Shown in pieces: positions 8,318 through 18,171 of a DNA stretch of 64,000 bases. The stretch comes from an uncultured Myxococcales bacterium (lineage in GTDB: Bacteria; Myxococcota_A; Polyangia; Palsa-1104; JAEUJZ01). Location: contig CALMML010000014.1 in NCBI GenBank assembly GCA_937868485.1, forward strand, positions 1,975-65,974. Direction: 5' to 3'. The number at the start of each line of letters is the position of its first letter. The first letter of the stretch is position 1. A model generated the notes under the pieces. That model did not search any database and was not told the DNA's origin. It saw only the letters and a program-made list of their open reading frames with translations. The translations under genes were made by a program, and so were the position numbers.

Positions 8318-10138
8318 ATGTTCGTTCGGCTTCGTGGTTTGAATCGTCGCTATCGCTTCCTATTGGCTTCGTCGCTGGCTGTCTCGCTTGGCATGCTGTC
8401 CATCGATTGTGGAAGCAGCATTCTCGGCGGAGAAGATGCCACCGATGACATGGGCTCGAACCTGCCTCGGCAGCTGATGTATCTGTCGGTGACGCCGGAC
8501 AACGATGTGCTGCTGGTCGACGTCAATCAGACCCAAGACAAAGCGTTTAAGGTCTTTGCGCACTACAGCGATGGAACGGCGGTCGAAGTGACGGCGAGCG
8601 TGACGCTGTCGCTCGATAACTCCAATGTTGGATCGCTGTCGGGAACCACCTTTACGTCGGCCAAGAGCGCGACGGCGCAGGTCGGCTTTTCGAAGGTGCT
8701 GGCCAGCTACACCGACAACGGACAGACCGCGAGCGGCTATGCCAACCTGACGGTGGTCTGGCTGCGTCAGACGGGAACTGCAACGGACTTTTTCTTTCAG
8801 CTTCCGTACATGGGCGGACCGCAGGATCAGCCGCTGCAGTTTGGCACCAACGTGCAGTCGCTCGACTCGTTCTTTGCCGTCGATACAACCGGCAGCATGG
8901 GTCCGTCGATCATCGCGCTGCGCGACAGCCTGACCAACACCATCATTCCCGGCGTGAAGGCGGGAGCCGCCAAGGATGCGCAGTTTGGCGTCGCTGCGGT
9001 CGAAGACTTCCCAACGGGAGGTTACGGAACGCCGGGCTATTACGCGGGCAATCTCGACGATCAGCCGCTCATCATGCTGCAGAGCATTTCGGCGGATGTG
9101 ACGGCGGCTCAGACGGCGGTGGGCAAGCTGCTCAATGGCTCCAATCCGCGTGGCGCGGGCATGGACTTGCCCGAAGGCCAGATGGAAGCGCTGTATCAGC
9201 TGGCGACGGGAGAAGGCAATGTCGTGACCAACGTCGTCAACATTGCTGCGAACAAGACGGGCATCGGTGGCGCGGGCTTCCGCAAGGGCGCACTGCCGGT
9301 CATTACGATGATCTCCGACGCGGTGTTCCACACCAAAGGCGAAGGAACGATTCCGTGCTCGTATCAGGATGGACTTGGGAATCATCCGATCGCGACGGAC
9401 TATGCGGGCCCGGCGGCCACTGCGGCGCACACGCGAACCGATACGCACAACGCGCTCAACAAGATCTGCGCGAAGGTGATTGGTGTGTCGGCGCTGCGTA
9501 CGTCGATTGGAACGACGACGAACCCAAACGGAGTCTGCGCAGCGACAGCTGACTTGGTGGCCGCAGCCAAAGCGACGGGCGCTGTGGTTCTTCCATCGGC
9601 GTGGGATGCGGGAACTCGTCCGTCGGGCTGCTCGGTGGGACAGTGCTGCACGGGTCTGAGCGGTGCGGGTGAAGCGCCGGACACCAACGGGGAATGTCCG
9701 CTGGTGTTCAAAGTGCTGCAAAATGCCTCGGGGCTGGGCGCGCAAGTGACGGCGGGCATCACCCAGGTGGCGCGCTTTTCGAAGTTTGACGTGACGACGC
9801 AGACGTCGGGCAACACCACGGGCGACAAGGGAGAAGTGCTACCGGCGGGCAAGACGACGGCGGACTTCATCAACTCGATCCTGCCCAAGGATGCGGCGGC
9901 TCCGGCGGCTCCTCCGACGCTGCCTGCGCCAGTGATTGCGGGAAGCACGTTTACCAAGGTCTATCCGGGCAGCACGGTGCGCTTCACGGTGACGGCGGAA
10001 AACAAGATCGTGCAGCCGACGCAGCTGCCGCAGGTGTTCCGCGCCAAGATCAAGGTGCTGGCTGGTGGCTGCACCGATCTGGACGAGCGCGAGGTCATCA
10101 TCCTGGTTCCTCCGACGGCGCCGCCAGTGGTTGGTTAG
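8318..10138 (+). CDS. secreted lipoprotein with a von Willebrand factor A (MIDAS) domain
   Basis: Signal peptide plus lipobox (LGMLSIDCGSS). DxSxS MIDAS motif (FFAVDTTGSMGPS) and an Ig-like N-terminal region. Confidence 0.55.
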   Translation: MFVRLRGLNRRYRFLLASSLAVSLGMLSIDCGSSILGGEDATDDMGSNLPRQLMYLSVTPDNDVLLVDVNQTQDKAFKVFAHYSDGTAVEVTASVTLSLDNSNVGSLSGTTFTSAKSATAQVGFSKVLASYTDNGQTASGYANLTVVWLRQTGTATDFFFQLPYMGGPQDQPLQFGTNVQSLDSFFAVDTTGSMGPSIIALRDSLTNTIIPGVKAGAAKDAQFGVAAVEDFPTGGYGTPGYYAGNLDDQPLIMLQSISADVTAAQTAVGKLLNGSNPRGAGMDLPEGQMEALYQLATGEGNVVTNVVNIAANKTGIGGAGFRKGALPVITMISDAVFHTKGEGTIPCSYQDGLGNHPIATDYAGPAATAAHTRTDTHNALNKICAKVIGVSALRTSIGTTTNPNGVCAATADLVAAAKATGAVVLPSAWDAGTRPSGCSVGQCCTGLSGAGEAPDTNGECPLVFKVLQNASGLGAQVTAGITQVARFSKFDVTTQTSGNTTGDKGEVLPAGKTTADFINSILPKDAAAPAAPPTLPAPVIAGSTFTKVYPGSTVRFTVTAENKIVQPTQLPQVFRAKIKVLAGGCTDLDEREVIILVPPTAPPVVG

Positions 10139-10254
10139 CTTCCTCGTCAGTCGCTGCGCGTCGGCTCGCTGGCTCGTGCCAGTGGTCGGACGAGCGGACA
10201 CGCTGCGGCTGCTTTTTTGATTCCAGCTCGGGAAATCGGCGCTAGTCTGCGCCC

Positions 10255-10998
10255 ATGTCGTCTTCGAACACTTCCGCTGGATCTTCTTTCTTTCCGTCGA
10301 CCAGTCCCGATTCAGAGCTGTCTGCAACCCAGGCACTGTGGCGCATCGCGAAAGCCCTTCCCGTCGTGGAGCGTAGCTACGCAATCATTCGCTTTATGAT
10401 CCTGCGCGTGAAGCTGCTCGCGACGATGGATCTGCTGCTTCCGGCGGAAGGTCCGATCCTTGATGTGGGCTGCGGCTTCGGTCTGTGGTCGGCGTACTTT
10501 TCGCAAATGCAGCCGGGCCGTCGCATCATCGGGATCGATCCGAACGCACATCGGATCTCGATGGCACAGAAGGTTGCGCAGCAGCTTGGGGTCAAGACCG
10601 AGTTTTATGCCGAAGACGTTCGTCAGTCGGCGGCGCGCGGTCCGTTTCGTGCGGTGTATCTGCTCGACGTGCTGCATCACATTCCGTCGGCGGATCAGAT
10701 CTCGGTGGTCAGTCAGCTCACCGACATGTTGGAAGAAGGCGGCACGCTGCTCATCAAAGACATCACGACCAAGCCGTGGTTTGGGCTCAAGTTCACGGAA
10801 ATCCTCGATCGCGCGATGGTCGGCATGAAGGAAGAGCTGGCCTATCGTCACCACAACGAGTGGAGCGAGCTGCTGCGCGAGTTTGGCTACACGGTGCGCG
10901 TGGTGCGCGTGCCCGACGTGCTGCCCTATCCGCACGTCATCATCGCGGCGACCAAAGGCAAGCGTCCCGTCGCGGAGTCTACCGCTGGCCTGAACTAG
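10255..10998 (+). CDS. class I SAM-dependent methyltransferase
   Basis: Motif I ILDVGCGFGLWSAYF; acidic post-I YAEDV. Confidence 0.7.
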   Translation: MSSSNTSAGSSFFPSTSPDSELSATQALWRIAKALPVVERSYAIIRFMILRVKLLATMDLLLPAEGPILDVGCGFGLWSAYFSQMQPGRRIIGIDPNAHRISMAQKVAQQLGVKTEFYAEDVRQSAARGPFRAVYLLDVLHHIPSADQISVVSQLTDMLEEGGTLLIKDITTKPWFGLKFTEILDRAMVGMKEELAYRHHNEWSELLREFGYTVRVVRVPDVLPYPHVIIAATKGKRPVAESTAGLN

Positions 10999-11038
10999 CG
11001 CTGGCTGTGCGGGACTGCAGGTGTTCGTGCGCGCGACG

Positions 11039-11422
11039 TTAGGTTGCGGGCGGCGGGATCGGCTCAGGCGACTTCGGCACAGGCTTTTTGCTGGTCTTGA
11101 GCTTGTGCAGCTTCATGTTGATCTCGTTGATGCGCTTGCCGTCGGCTTTGACCTTGTCTTTCGCGGCCTTGGCGGCATCACCCTTGGCTGCGGCCATCGC
11201 CTTTTTGTCTTCCGCAAGCTGCGCGTTGGCTTTCTTGAGCTCTTCCAGCAGCTGTTCGCGAGTCTCACCGACGGGAGCTGCGTCCTTGTTTCCAGCTGAA
11301 TCCGCCTTGATCACCGGCGCAGAGCCCGCCGCTTCTTTGGGCGCGGGGGCCTCGGCGAGCGCGCTACCCATCAGCGCAAGCGAGAGAAGGCCAGCAGCCA
11401 CAGTCTTTCCGTAGGTCTTCAT
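11039..11422 (-). CDS. small secreted Lys/Ala-rich coiled-coil protein
   Basis: Signal peptide MKTYGKTVAAGLLSLALMGSALA; low-complexity KAAKDKVK-type repeats. Confidence 0.4.
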   Translation of the reverse strand: MKTYGKTVAAGLLSLALMGSALAEAPAPKEAAGSAPVIKADSAGNKDAAPVGETREQLLEELKKANAQLAEDKKAMAAAKGDAAKAAKDKVKADGKRINEINMKLHKLKTSKKPVPKSPEPIPPPAT

Positions 11423-11544
11423 CGGGGTCTTGTCCTTTCCAGACGCTATGACGCAGCGCAGGATCGGATTATTTTGCCGGGGCTCGTGCGTCGCTGCTAG
11501 TGGTTTTGACGCAGTCCGCTGTCTCCACTGTGGGAGCCGTGACT

Positions 11545-11618
11545 ATATGAGGCATGCAAAAGGACTCATATTGGGAAGGGACAGCAATATGAGGCATGTG
11601 AAAGGACTCATATTGCTG
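11545..11618. repeat. AT-rich tandem pair of ~28-bp imperfect palindromes in an intergenic gap
   Basis: ATATGAGGCATGCAAAAGGACTCATATT at 11545-11572 and ATATGAGGCATGTGAAAGGACTCATATT at 11587-11614. The second copy is embedded in a perfect 12-bp inverted repeat, CAGCAATATGAG…CTCATATTGCTG (11583-11618). Confidence 0.8.
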
Positions 11619-11636
11619 TGACGGACGCTGCGGAGG

Positions 11637-13346
11637 CTAGAAGAAGAAGAAGCCGACTCCTTGCACCGCATGGGTGGTGGCATGGACTCCGTCTGCGTAA
11701 AGATCATCGAAGTATGCCCAGTCCGCACCGACGCGAATTGCCTGCGTGATGTCGACAAAGAACCCGGCGTTGTAGAACGTCTCGGTGTCGCGAACCTTGG
11801 CCGGACTGACGTACATGTCCGATTCCAACAGCTGGCTGCGCGAGAAGTTGGCAAACAGGCCCAGGTGATCACCGATGCGGGGCGGATAGTATTCCAGCCC
11901 GACGATGAAGGTCATCCAGTGAGGCAGTCGGAGCTCGCCATTTTTGTCGTACACCGCGAGTCCGGGATCGACGCCAGACACAAACGTTGGGGGGGACATT
12001 CCGGGCTGAGCGGGAAGCGGCGGATTGCTGACTCCACCGACGAGACCAACGTACAGATCGTTGATTCCTTGACCGCTGACAAACTCACCGACCAGCGAAA
12101 GAGAGTTCGACCGCTTGTCCTTGGTTCCCGGGATGATCGGAAGGAATGCATCGACCGCAATTCCCAGTCCGGTCTTGGAGTTTGTGTCCTGCGGATTGGC
12201 AGCAAACTGCGGCAGCGTAAAGCGACGAATGTCTCCGCTGATGGCAATCTGCGCAGCCATCGTTGTCGTCGCTGTCACGTACAGCGTATGGACTCCCTTC
12301 CAGCCGTTAAATGCGATGCGTGCGCCTGCTTCAAACTCAGGAACCATCGAGTCGCGCTGCGGAGGGCGATTGCCAGACACCGCAAACTCCAGCGTCACCG
12401 GCTTGGTCTTGATGGTCTTGGAAATCTTGAGCTGCATCGTTCGCGAAAACAGCGAGCCGACGACTCCTGACCACTGCACGTCGGCGGGAACGAAGCTGGG
12501 CTGGAATCCAAACAAGTGCCAGGTGTGACCGAACAGAATGTCGACCACTGGCGTTTCCATCTTGAAGTAGGCGTGACGGACGCGCAGGTTGGGATTGTTG
12601 AAAAACGACGCTTCGGTGATGGTGCTTCCGATGGTTCCGGTCGGTCCCAGAAAGTCCATTTCCAGCAGCGCCGAGGCACGCAGCCACGGAAGCTCTGGCG
12701 CTTCGACGCGGAATCCGAGCCGCGAGTCACGCGCCGTGAACTCCGTTCGTCCATGCTGTCCGGCGTACGTATCCGGTCGCGCAACCTGCAAGTTTCCTGC
12801 GTAGTCGTTAAAGCTCTGCGTGGAAAAGTAGATGACGTCGGCTTGTGCAAAGCCAAACAGCGTCGTCGCCCACTTGCCCAGCACCAGCGTCGTCGAGTCC
12901 GCAGCGCGGCTTCCCATGCTGGCCGCGAGATCGCGCATGGCGCTGTCGTAATCGGCTTGCGTGATGAGTCCCTTGTCGCGCAACAGTCGCAGCGACGTCA
13001 GCTCGACAAACGGACGCGGCGGCGGTGGCGCGGGCGGAGTCGGCGCAAGCGGAAGTGGCTGCATCGCAGCGGGCGGACTCTGCGCCGGAGCCTGCGGACT
13101 CACCGGAGCTGGCGGATTCACCGGAGCCTGCGTCGGCGCTTGGGCTGGCGCTAACACCTGCGTAGGAATCGGCGGCGGAAGGTTCGGCGGCAGCGACTCT
13201 GCTGCAGCGGGCGGAAGGTTCGGAGGCAGCGAAGTCGGCTGCGGCTGCGGACTGGGCGTCGTGGTGCTCTGTGCAAAAGCAGCGACGGGACAGAGCGAAA
13301 CAGCCAGCGCCAAAAAGGTCGCGGAAGACAAAGACTGTGCAGACAT
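11637..13346 (-). CDS. putative outer-membrane beta-barrel protein with a Pro-rich N-terminal region
   Basis: Signal peptide (FLALAVSLCPVAAFAQ), PPNLPP repeats, alternating amphipathic beta-strand pattern, C-terminal aromatic residues (…GVGFFFF). Confidence 0.45.
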   Translation of the reverse strand: MSAQSLSSATFLALAVSLCPVAAFAQSTTTPSPQPQPTSLPPNLPPAAAESLPPNLPPPIPTQVLAPAQAPTQAPVNPPAPVSPQAPAQSPPAAMQPLPLAPTPPAPPPPRPFVELTSLRLLRDKGLITQADYDSAMRDLAASMGSRAADSTTLVLGKWATTLFGFAQADVIYFSTQSFNDYAGNLQVARPDTYAGQHGRTEFTARDSRLGFRVEAPELPWLRASALLEMDFLGPTGTIGSTITEASFFNNPNLRVRHAYFKMETPVVDILFGHTWHLFGFQPSFVPADVQWSGVVGSLFSRTMQLKISKTIKTKPVTLEFAVSGNRPPQRDSMVPEFEAGARIAFNGWKGVHTLYVTATTTMAAQIAISGDIRRFTLPQFAANPQDTNSKTGLGIAVDAFLPIIPGTKDKRSNSLSLVGEFVSGQGINDLYVGLVGGVSNPPLPAQPGMSPPTFVSGVDPGLAVYDKNGELRLPHWMTFIVGLEYYPPRIGDHLGLFANFSRSQLLESDMYVSPAKVRDTETFYNAGFFVDITQAIRVGADWAYFDDLYADGVHATTHAVQGVGFFFF

Positions 13347-13364
13347 GCGCGTGCGGAGTCCTTG

Positions 13365-14771
13365 TTAGTAAAGGTGCGTGAGGTAATAAAAGCCGATGAC
13401 CAAGAACACCGCAGCGGTCTTGATCAGCGTCATCGCGAAGATGTCTTTGTAGGACTGCTTGTGGGTCAGTCCCGTGACGGCGAGCAGCGTGATCACGGCG
13501 CCGTTGTGTGGCAGCGTGTCCATGCCTCCGCTGGCCATGGAGGCAACGCGATGCAGCACTTCGGGGGGAATTCCCATCTCGGTTGCGCGGGTTAGGTAGG
13601 TCTGTCCCAGCGTCGCCAGCGCGATGCTCATTCCGCCCGATGCAGAGCCGGTGATTCCCGCCAGTCCCGTGGTCGTCACCGCGAGCGAGATGAGCGGATT
13701 GGTGAACGCGTGCGACATAAACTCGCTGATGGTTCGGAAGCCCGGAAGTGCGGCGATGATTCCTCCGAAGCCGTATTCCGAAGCGGTGTTGATGGCGGCG
13801 AGCATGGCTCCTGCGACTGCGATGTTGGCGCTGGCAGCAAAGCGCGGTGCGACGCTGCGATACGCGGACACCACGACGGTCAGGATGCCCACAAGGAGCG
13901 CTCCTTCCACGGCCCAAATCGCAACCAGCTTGCTCGTATCCAGCGCCGCAGTCTGCGCGATTCCCAGCTTGGCGAAGTCAAAGCTCTGCGGATACATCGC
14001 GGGAAGTGCGCCGGTAAAGACGCGGTTTAGGATTCCCACAAGCAGCAGCGGAAGCAGTGCCAGCCACGGAGAAGGAAGTGATCCATCCAGTCCGGTTGCT
14101 GCGCTGGCATTGGCTGGGCTCTCTGGATCGGCTCCGTATCCTTCGCCCGCGCTGGCTGCTTTTCGTCGCTGATAGCTGAGGTAGCTCATTCCTGCGGTCA
14201 GCACCACCAGCGCACCAAACAGTCCCAGCTTCGGGGCCGCCCAGGTATTGGTATGAAAGAACGTGGTCGGAATGATGTTCTGAATCTGTGGCGAGCCGGG
14301 CAGGGCATCCATCGTGAAGGTGAAGGAACCGAGCGCGATCGTGCCGGGAATCAAGCGACGCGGAATGTCTGACGCTTTGAACAGCTCGGATGCGAAGGGA
14401 TAGACCGCGAACGCAGCGACAAACAGAGACACGCCTCCGTAGGTAAGGAGCGCGCACACTGCGACGACAGCGAGCATCGCGTTGTTCTTGCCAAGAATGC
14501 CGACCACTTTGGCGGTGATGGACTTGGCAAAGCCAGAGATCTCAATCAGCTTTCCGAAGATGGCTCCGAGGAGAAACACCGGAAAGTACGGCTTTAGGAA
14601 TCCCACCAGCTTTTCCATATAGATGCCGGAAAAGAACGGAAGGATGTGATGCGGTGACACCCACGCCACCGCGAACAGTGCAGCCAGTGGCGCGAACAGA
14701 ATCACGCTAAAGCCACGGTAGGCTACAAACATCAGGAAACAGAGCGCTGCGATTGTTGTGAGGATTTCCAT
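13365..14771 (-). CDS. GntP-family permease (gluconate/organic-acid:H+ symporter family)
   Basis: Polytopic membrane protein with GntP-like blocks (ILFAPLAALFAVAW…GILGKNNAMLAVV…TLPHNGAVITLLAVTGL). Start assumed at MEILTT. Confidence 0.75.
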   Translation of the reverse strand: MEILTTIAALCFLMFVAYRGFSVILFAPLAALFAVAWVSPHHILPFFSGIYMEKLVGFLKPYFPVFLLGAIFGKLIEISGFAKSITAKVVGILGKNNAMLAVVAVCALLTYGGVSLFVAAFAVYPFASELFKASDIPRRLIPGTIALGSFTFTMDALPGSPQIQNIIPTTFFHTNTWAAPKLGLFGALVVLTAGMSYLSYQRRKAASAGEGYGADPESPANASAATGLDGSLPSPWLALLPLLLVGILNRVFTGALPAMYPQSFDFAKLGIAQTAALDTSKLVAIWAVEGALLVGILTVVVSAYRSVAPRFAASANIAVAGAMLAAINTASEYGFGGIIAALPGFRTISEFMSHAFTNPLISLAVTTTGLAGITGSASGGMSIALATLGQTYLTRATEMGIPPEVLHRVASMASGGMDTLPHNGAVITLLAVTGLTHKQSYKDIFAMTLIKTAAVFLVIGFYYLTHLY

Positions 14772-14827
14772 TAGGAGGCTCTCTTGTGCTCGGAGCATCA
14801 GAGCGCTACAAACGGGGCTCAACTAAC

Positions 14828-17800
14828 ATGCGCTTACATTCGCCGTTTCCTCGTTCGTGCAGCGTGTTCGTGGGTCGATCCGAGGAGCTTCGGCGAGCGC
14901 TGACGCTGCTGCCATCAGAGCCGCTCTGTCTGGTCTATGGCATCGCGGGAATCGGAAAGAGCGAGTTTGTCTATCAGCTTGTCGAACAAGCGCTTCAGCT
15001 TCCGTCACTGAGCAGCTTGCGCCCGCTGCTTGTCTGTGTGCAGCCAGGTCAGCGTGGCAGTGAGCTTGTGTCACAGCTTGTACGGACCATCGAGGAAGCG
15101 AGTGGATCCTGTCTTCCATTGCCGTCGCCGGATGCGGTGGTGCGTGGATCGGGAATCGAGCCCGTAAGCGAGCTTCGTCAGCTTGTGCAGCTGCTGGAAC
15201 AGCCGACGCAGCCTTATTTGCTGTGTCTGGACGAGCTTCATGTCTTGGAAGAAGGCGCGGACTTCGAGCTTTCGACGCTGCTTGGCTATTTGAGCCGTCA
15301 TGTCCGTCGCAGTCGCATCGTGGCTTGTCTGCGCAGCGAGCTGGAGCTTCCGCCGTCCTGTGCGATTCCGGTGGTGATTCGCTTGCCGCCGCTGTCGCCG
15401 CTTGAGTCGTCGCAGCTCGTCGAGCAGCTGTGTCTGCGACTGGGGCATTCTGGATCTCATCCCGACGTGCGAGAGACGATGGATTCGGGCAGTCCGCTCG
15501 TCATTCGCCAAGCGCTGTTTCATACTGCATCGCCGACGGGACATTTGGTGGATGGACTTCCATCGAGCGGCGTCGATACGCTGTCGGTGCTGACCGCTTC
15601 GCAGCGTCAGCTGTTGCTGCTGGCGCGGATCTATTCGGGATCGCGCGCGGTGACGATCAAGGACTTACATGATCTGTTTCCGTCGCTGCATACGCTCTCG
15701 GAAGACCTGCGGGTGCTGTCGCGTCGCTTTCTCATCGATCTGGATGTAGGCGTGGCGCGGGGACCGACCAGCAATCCCAATCGCTCGCTTACGCGCGCCA
15801 AGATCATCTTGGCGGAGCCGTTGTGGAATGTGCTGTTGTCGGTCTGGCCGGATGCGGATCTGCAAAAGACCCGGCGCGAAGTGGCGTCGCTTTTGCTCGG
15901 ACGGTTCTTTGTTGCGCCACAGCGCTCGGCGCAGGAAGGAATCGAAGCGCTCAAGCAGCTTGTCGTGGCGGAGTCGTACACCCAAGCGGTCCAGGTGCTG
16001 CGGCAGATTCATCGGACGATCTCGGCGGCGTGGCTGGATGCGCAGCTTCTGGAGCTGCTCGATGATCTGCGCGGCAAGCTGGCAGACGGTGACAGCGAAG
16101 AGCTTCGTCAGCATCGCTTGGAAGTCGAGTTTCTGACGGCGAGGCTGTTGCGAAGTCGGTCGCAGATCTCGGCGGCGCGGATGGTGCTGTCGTCGCTCGG
16201 GTTTGCGGCGGACGTGGCGGAGTCGTCGCGCTACCTGGCGCTGCTCGGGGAAGTCTGTCAGCGCAGCGGACGGATGGATCTGGCGCAGAAGCACTTGGAG
16301 CTGGCACTTGTGCGGGCCGAGTCACCGCGAGAGCGACTGCGGACGCAGCTTCAGCTCGCCCAGACGCTGTCCTTGTCGGGAGATCGAACGCGGGCCCGAC
16401 AGCTGATCGAAGCGCTGCGCACCGATCCCGAGCTGGAAGCACCGGCAGAGCGGGCACGCTGGAGCGGTGCGCTGTCGCTCGTGCTGATCTTGGAAGATCG
16501 CTTGCTCGAAGCGGCGCAGGTTGCGCAGGAAGCGCTGTCGCTGCTCGGTGGCGGTACGTTTTGTCTCGACTGGGCCCTGCATGCGCTGATTGCTCACATT
16601 GCGTCGGACTCGCTCGATGCGGCGCAGTCGGTGATCGATCAGATCCTGTTTCAAGCGCTGACCAGCGGGGTGGCTCAGCAGGAGCTTTCGAGCGATGCGG
16701 TGCCGCTGCTGGCGCTGATGCGCGGGGTGATGGCGGGTGCGAAAGGGGAGCTTACGGCATCGCGGGCACTGCTGTCGGAATCGCTTCAGGCGCTGCTGCT
16801 ACACGGTGATCAGCTTGCAGCGACGGTGGTGAGCTTCTATTTGGCGCGGGTGCTGCTCAAGCTCGGTGACTTGAGCGGCTCGCTGACGACGCTGGAACGA
16901 GCGATTGCGAGTGCGCGTGAGGCGGGAACGTGGCCGCTTGTGCAGCGACTGGAAGTGCTGTCCGCACAGGTCTTGATGGCGCAGGTTCAGCCGAGTGCCG
17001 CCAAGCTGGCGCTGCTGCGGGTGATGCGTCCCGATGCGTCGGCTCCGTCGCCACGGCTGCTGTCGCTGTCGCAAGGACTGCTGGCGCGGCTGGATGCGCT
17101 GTCGTCGATTGACTCTCCGCTGCGAGAGTCCGAGATGCAGGCCGCCGCGCAGGCCATGACGCTGGTGATGCAGTCGGCGCGTGCACTGGAACCAGCGGCG
17201 CAGCACCTGTTAGAGCTAGAACACGCCGAGCTGTGGCTTCAGATGGGTCGGCTGCCGGACATGGGCTTTGTGACGCTGCGACGAAGAATGCAGCAGACGC
17301 TCGGTTATTACGCGGCGTCGCATCGTCACTACGAAGAAGCCCGTGCGGCGCTGTCGTTGTCGTGGTTGCTGCTCAGCCTCGGGCAGCCGAGTGACTTGCC
17401 GGAAGCGGACGAAGCGCTCGGTCGCGCGCAAGAGCTGTCGACGCGACATGCCTATGGACTGCTGCATCTGCGCGGGCTGTTGCTTGAATCGTCTCTTCAG
17501 CGACGACAAGGCAATGGACGACGCGCGCTGCTGCTTCTGAAACAAGGCGTCGATGAGCTGGGATCGCTCGGCGATACGCTGGAAGCGCGGCTGCTGCGAG
17601 GGGCGCTGCAAGAGCTGGGTCATCCGTCTGAAGAATCCACAGAGCGATCCGCGCAGCTTACCTGGCTTCTGTCGTCGCTCGGACTGCGCAGTGTGCTTCC
17701 GTATGAGCTCTTGACCCGCGCGGGCCGCAAAGAAGCCGACGAAGAAGCGCGTCAGGCGGCGCTGTTTGCGCACGAGCTGCTGATTGAACCCGAGCGCGGA

Positions 17801-18154
17801 TCGATCACTCGTGGCGGTGAGCCGAGCGGTCCGGCGATCGTCGGTCGTCCCCTGTTGTCGCAGCTTCTGTCGCAGCTTCTGTTTGCACCGACGGAAGGCG
17901 CGAGCGCTGAGCGACTGTTCTACGAAGTCTGGGGCGGACGTGACTATCATCCGCTTCAGCATCGCAACACGATCTACGTCGCGATCGGACGGCTTCGTCA
18001 GGCGCTGCGAGAGCTTCTGCCGGGCCGCGAGCTCATCGAAACCGCACCGGGCGGCTGGCGACTCATCGACAGCGTCAGCGTCTGTGTCGTCCGTCGCAAC
18101 AGCCGAGATCGCACAAGCGGTGATCGCGGACTCAGCGAGCGCGCCGCCGGATAA
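14828..18154 (+). CDS. STAND-class NTPase regulator with TPR-like repeats and a C-terminal OmpR/PhoB-type winged-helix domain
   Basis: Walker A LVYGIAGIGKSEF near the N-terminus, a long helical-repeat middle, and a trans_reg_C-like C-terminus (ERLFYEVWGGRDYHPLQHRNTIYVAIGRLRQAL…LIETAPGGWRL). Confidence 0.65.
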   Translation: MRLHSPFPRSCSVFVGRSEELRRALTLLPSEPLCLVYGIAGIGKSEFVYQLVEQALQLPSLSSLRPLLVCVQPGQRGSELVSQLVRTIEEASGSCLPLPSPDAVVRGSGIEPVSELRQLVQLLEQPTQPYLLCLDELHVLEEGADFELSTLLGYLSRHVRRSRIVACLRSELELPPSCAIPVVIRLPPLSPLESSQLVEQLCLRLGHSGSHPDVRETMDSGSPLVIRQALFHTASPTGHLVDGLPSSGVDTLSVLTASQRQLLLLARIYSGSRAVTIKDLHDLFPSLHTLSEDLRVLSRRFLIDLDVGVARGPTSNPNRSLTRAKIILAEPLWNVLLSVWPDADLQKTRREVASLLLGRFFVAPQRSAQEGIEALKQLVVAESYTQAVQVLRQIHRTISAAWLDAQLLELLDDLRGKLADGDSEELRQHRLEVEFLTARLLRSRSQISAARMVLSSLGFAADVAESSRYLALLGEVCQRSGRMDLAQKHLELALVRAESPRERLRTQLQLAQTLSLSGDRTRARQLIEALRTDPELEAPAERARWSGALSLVLILEDRLLEAAQVAQEALSLLGGGTFCLDWALHALIAHIASDSLDAAQSVIDQILFQALTSGVAQQELSSDAVPLLALMRGVMAGAKGELTASRALLSESLQALLLHGDQLAATVVSFYLARVLLKLGDLSGSLTTLERAIASAREAGTWPLVQRLEVLSAQVLMAQVQPSAAKLALLRVMRPDASAPSPRLLSLSQGLLARLDALSSIDSPLRESEMQAAAQAMTLVMQSARALEPAAQHLLELEHAELWLQMGRLPDMGFVTLRRRMQQTLGYYAASHRHYEEARAALSLSWLLLSLGQPSDLPEADEALGRAQELSTRHAYGLLHLRGLLLESSLQRRQGNGRRALLLLKQGVDELGSLGDTLEARLLRGALQELGHPSEESTERSAQLTWLLSSLGLRSVLPYELLTRAGRKEADEEARQAALFAHELLIEPERGSITRGGEPSGPAIVGRPLLSQLLSQLLFAPTEGASAERLFYEVWGGRDYHPLQHRNTIYVAIGRLRQALRELLPGRELIETAPGGWRLIDSVSVCVVRRNSRDRTSGDRGLSERAAG

Positions 18155-18171
18155 GCACGCTCAATCCGTCG

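Noticed and set aside
10139-10254. T6 run (cggctgcttttttga) after the VWA lipoprotein gene as an intrinsic terminator
   Set aside because: A T-tract is present, but I could not verify a stable upstream GC hairpin without folding software. Not reported as a feature.
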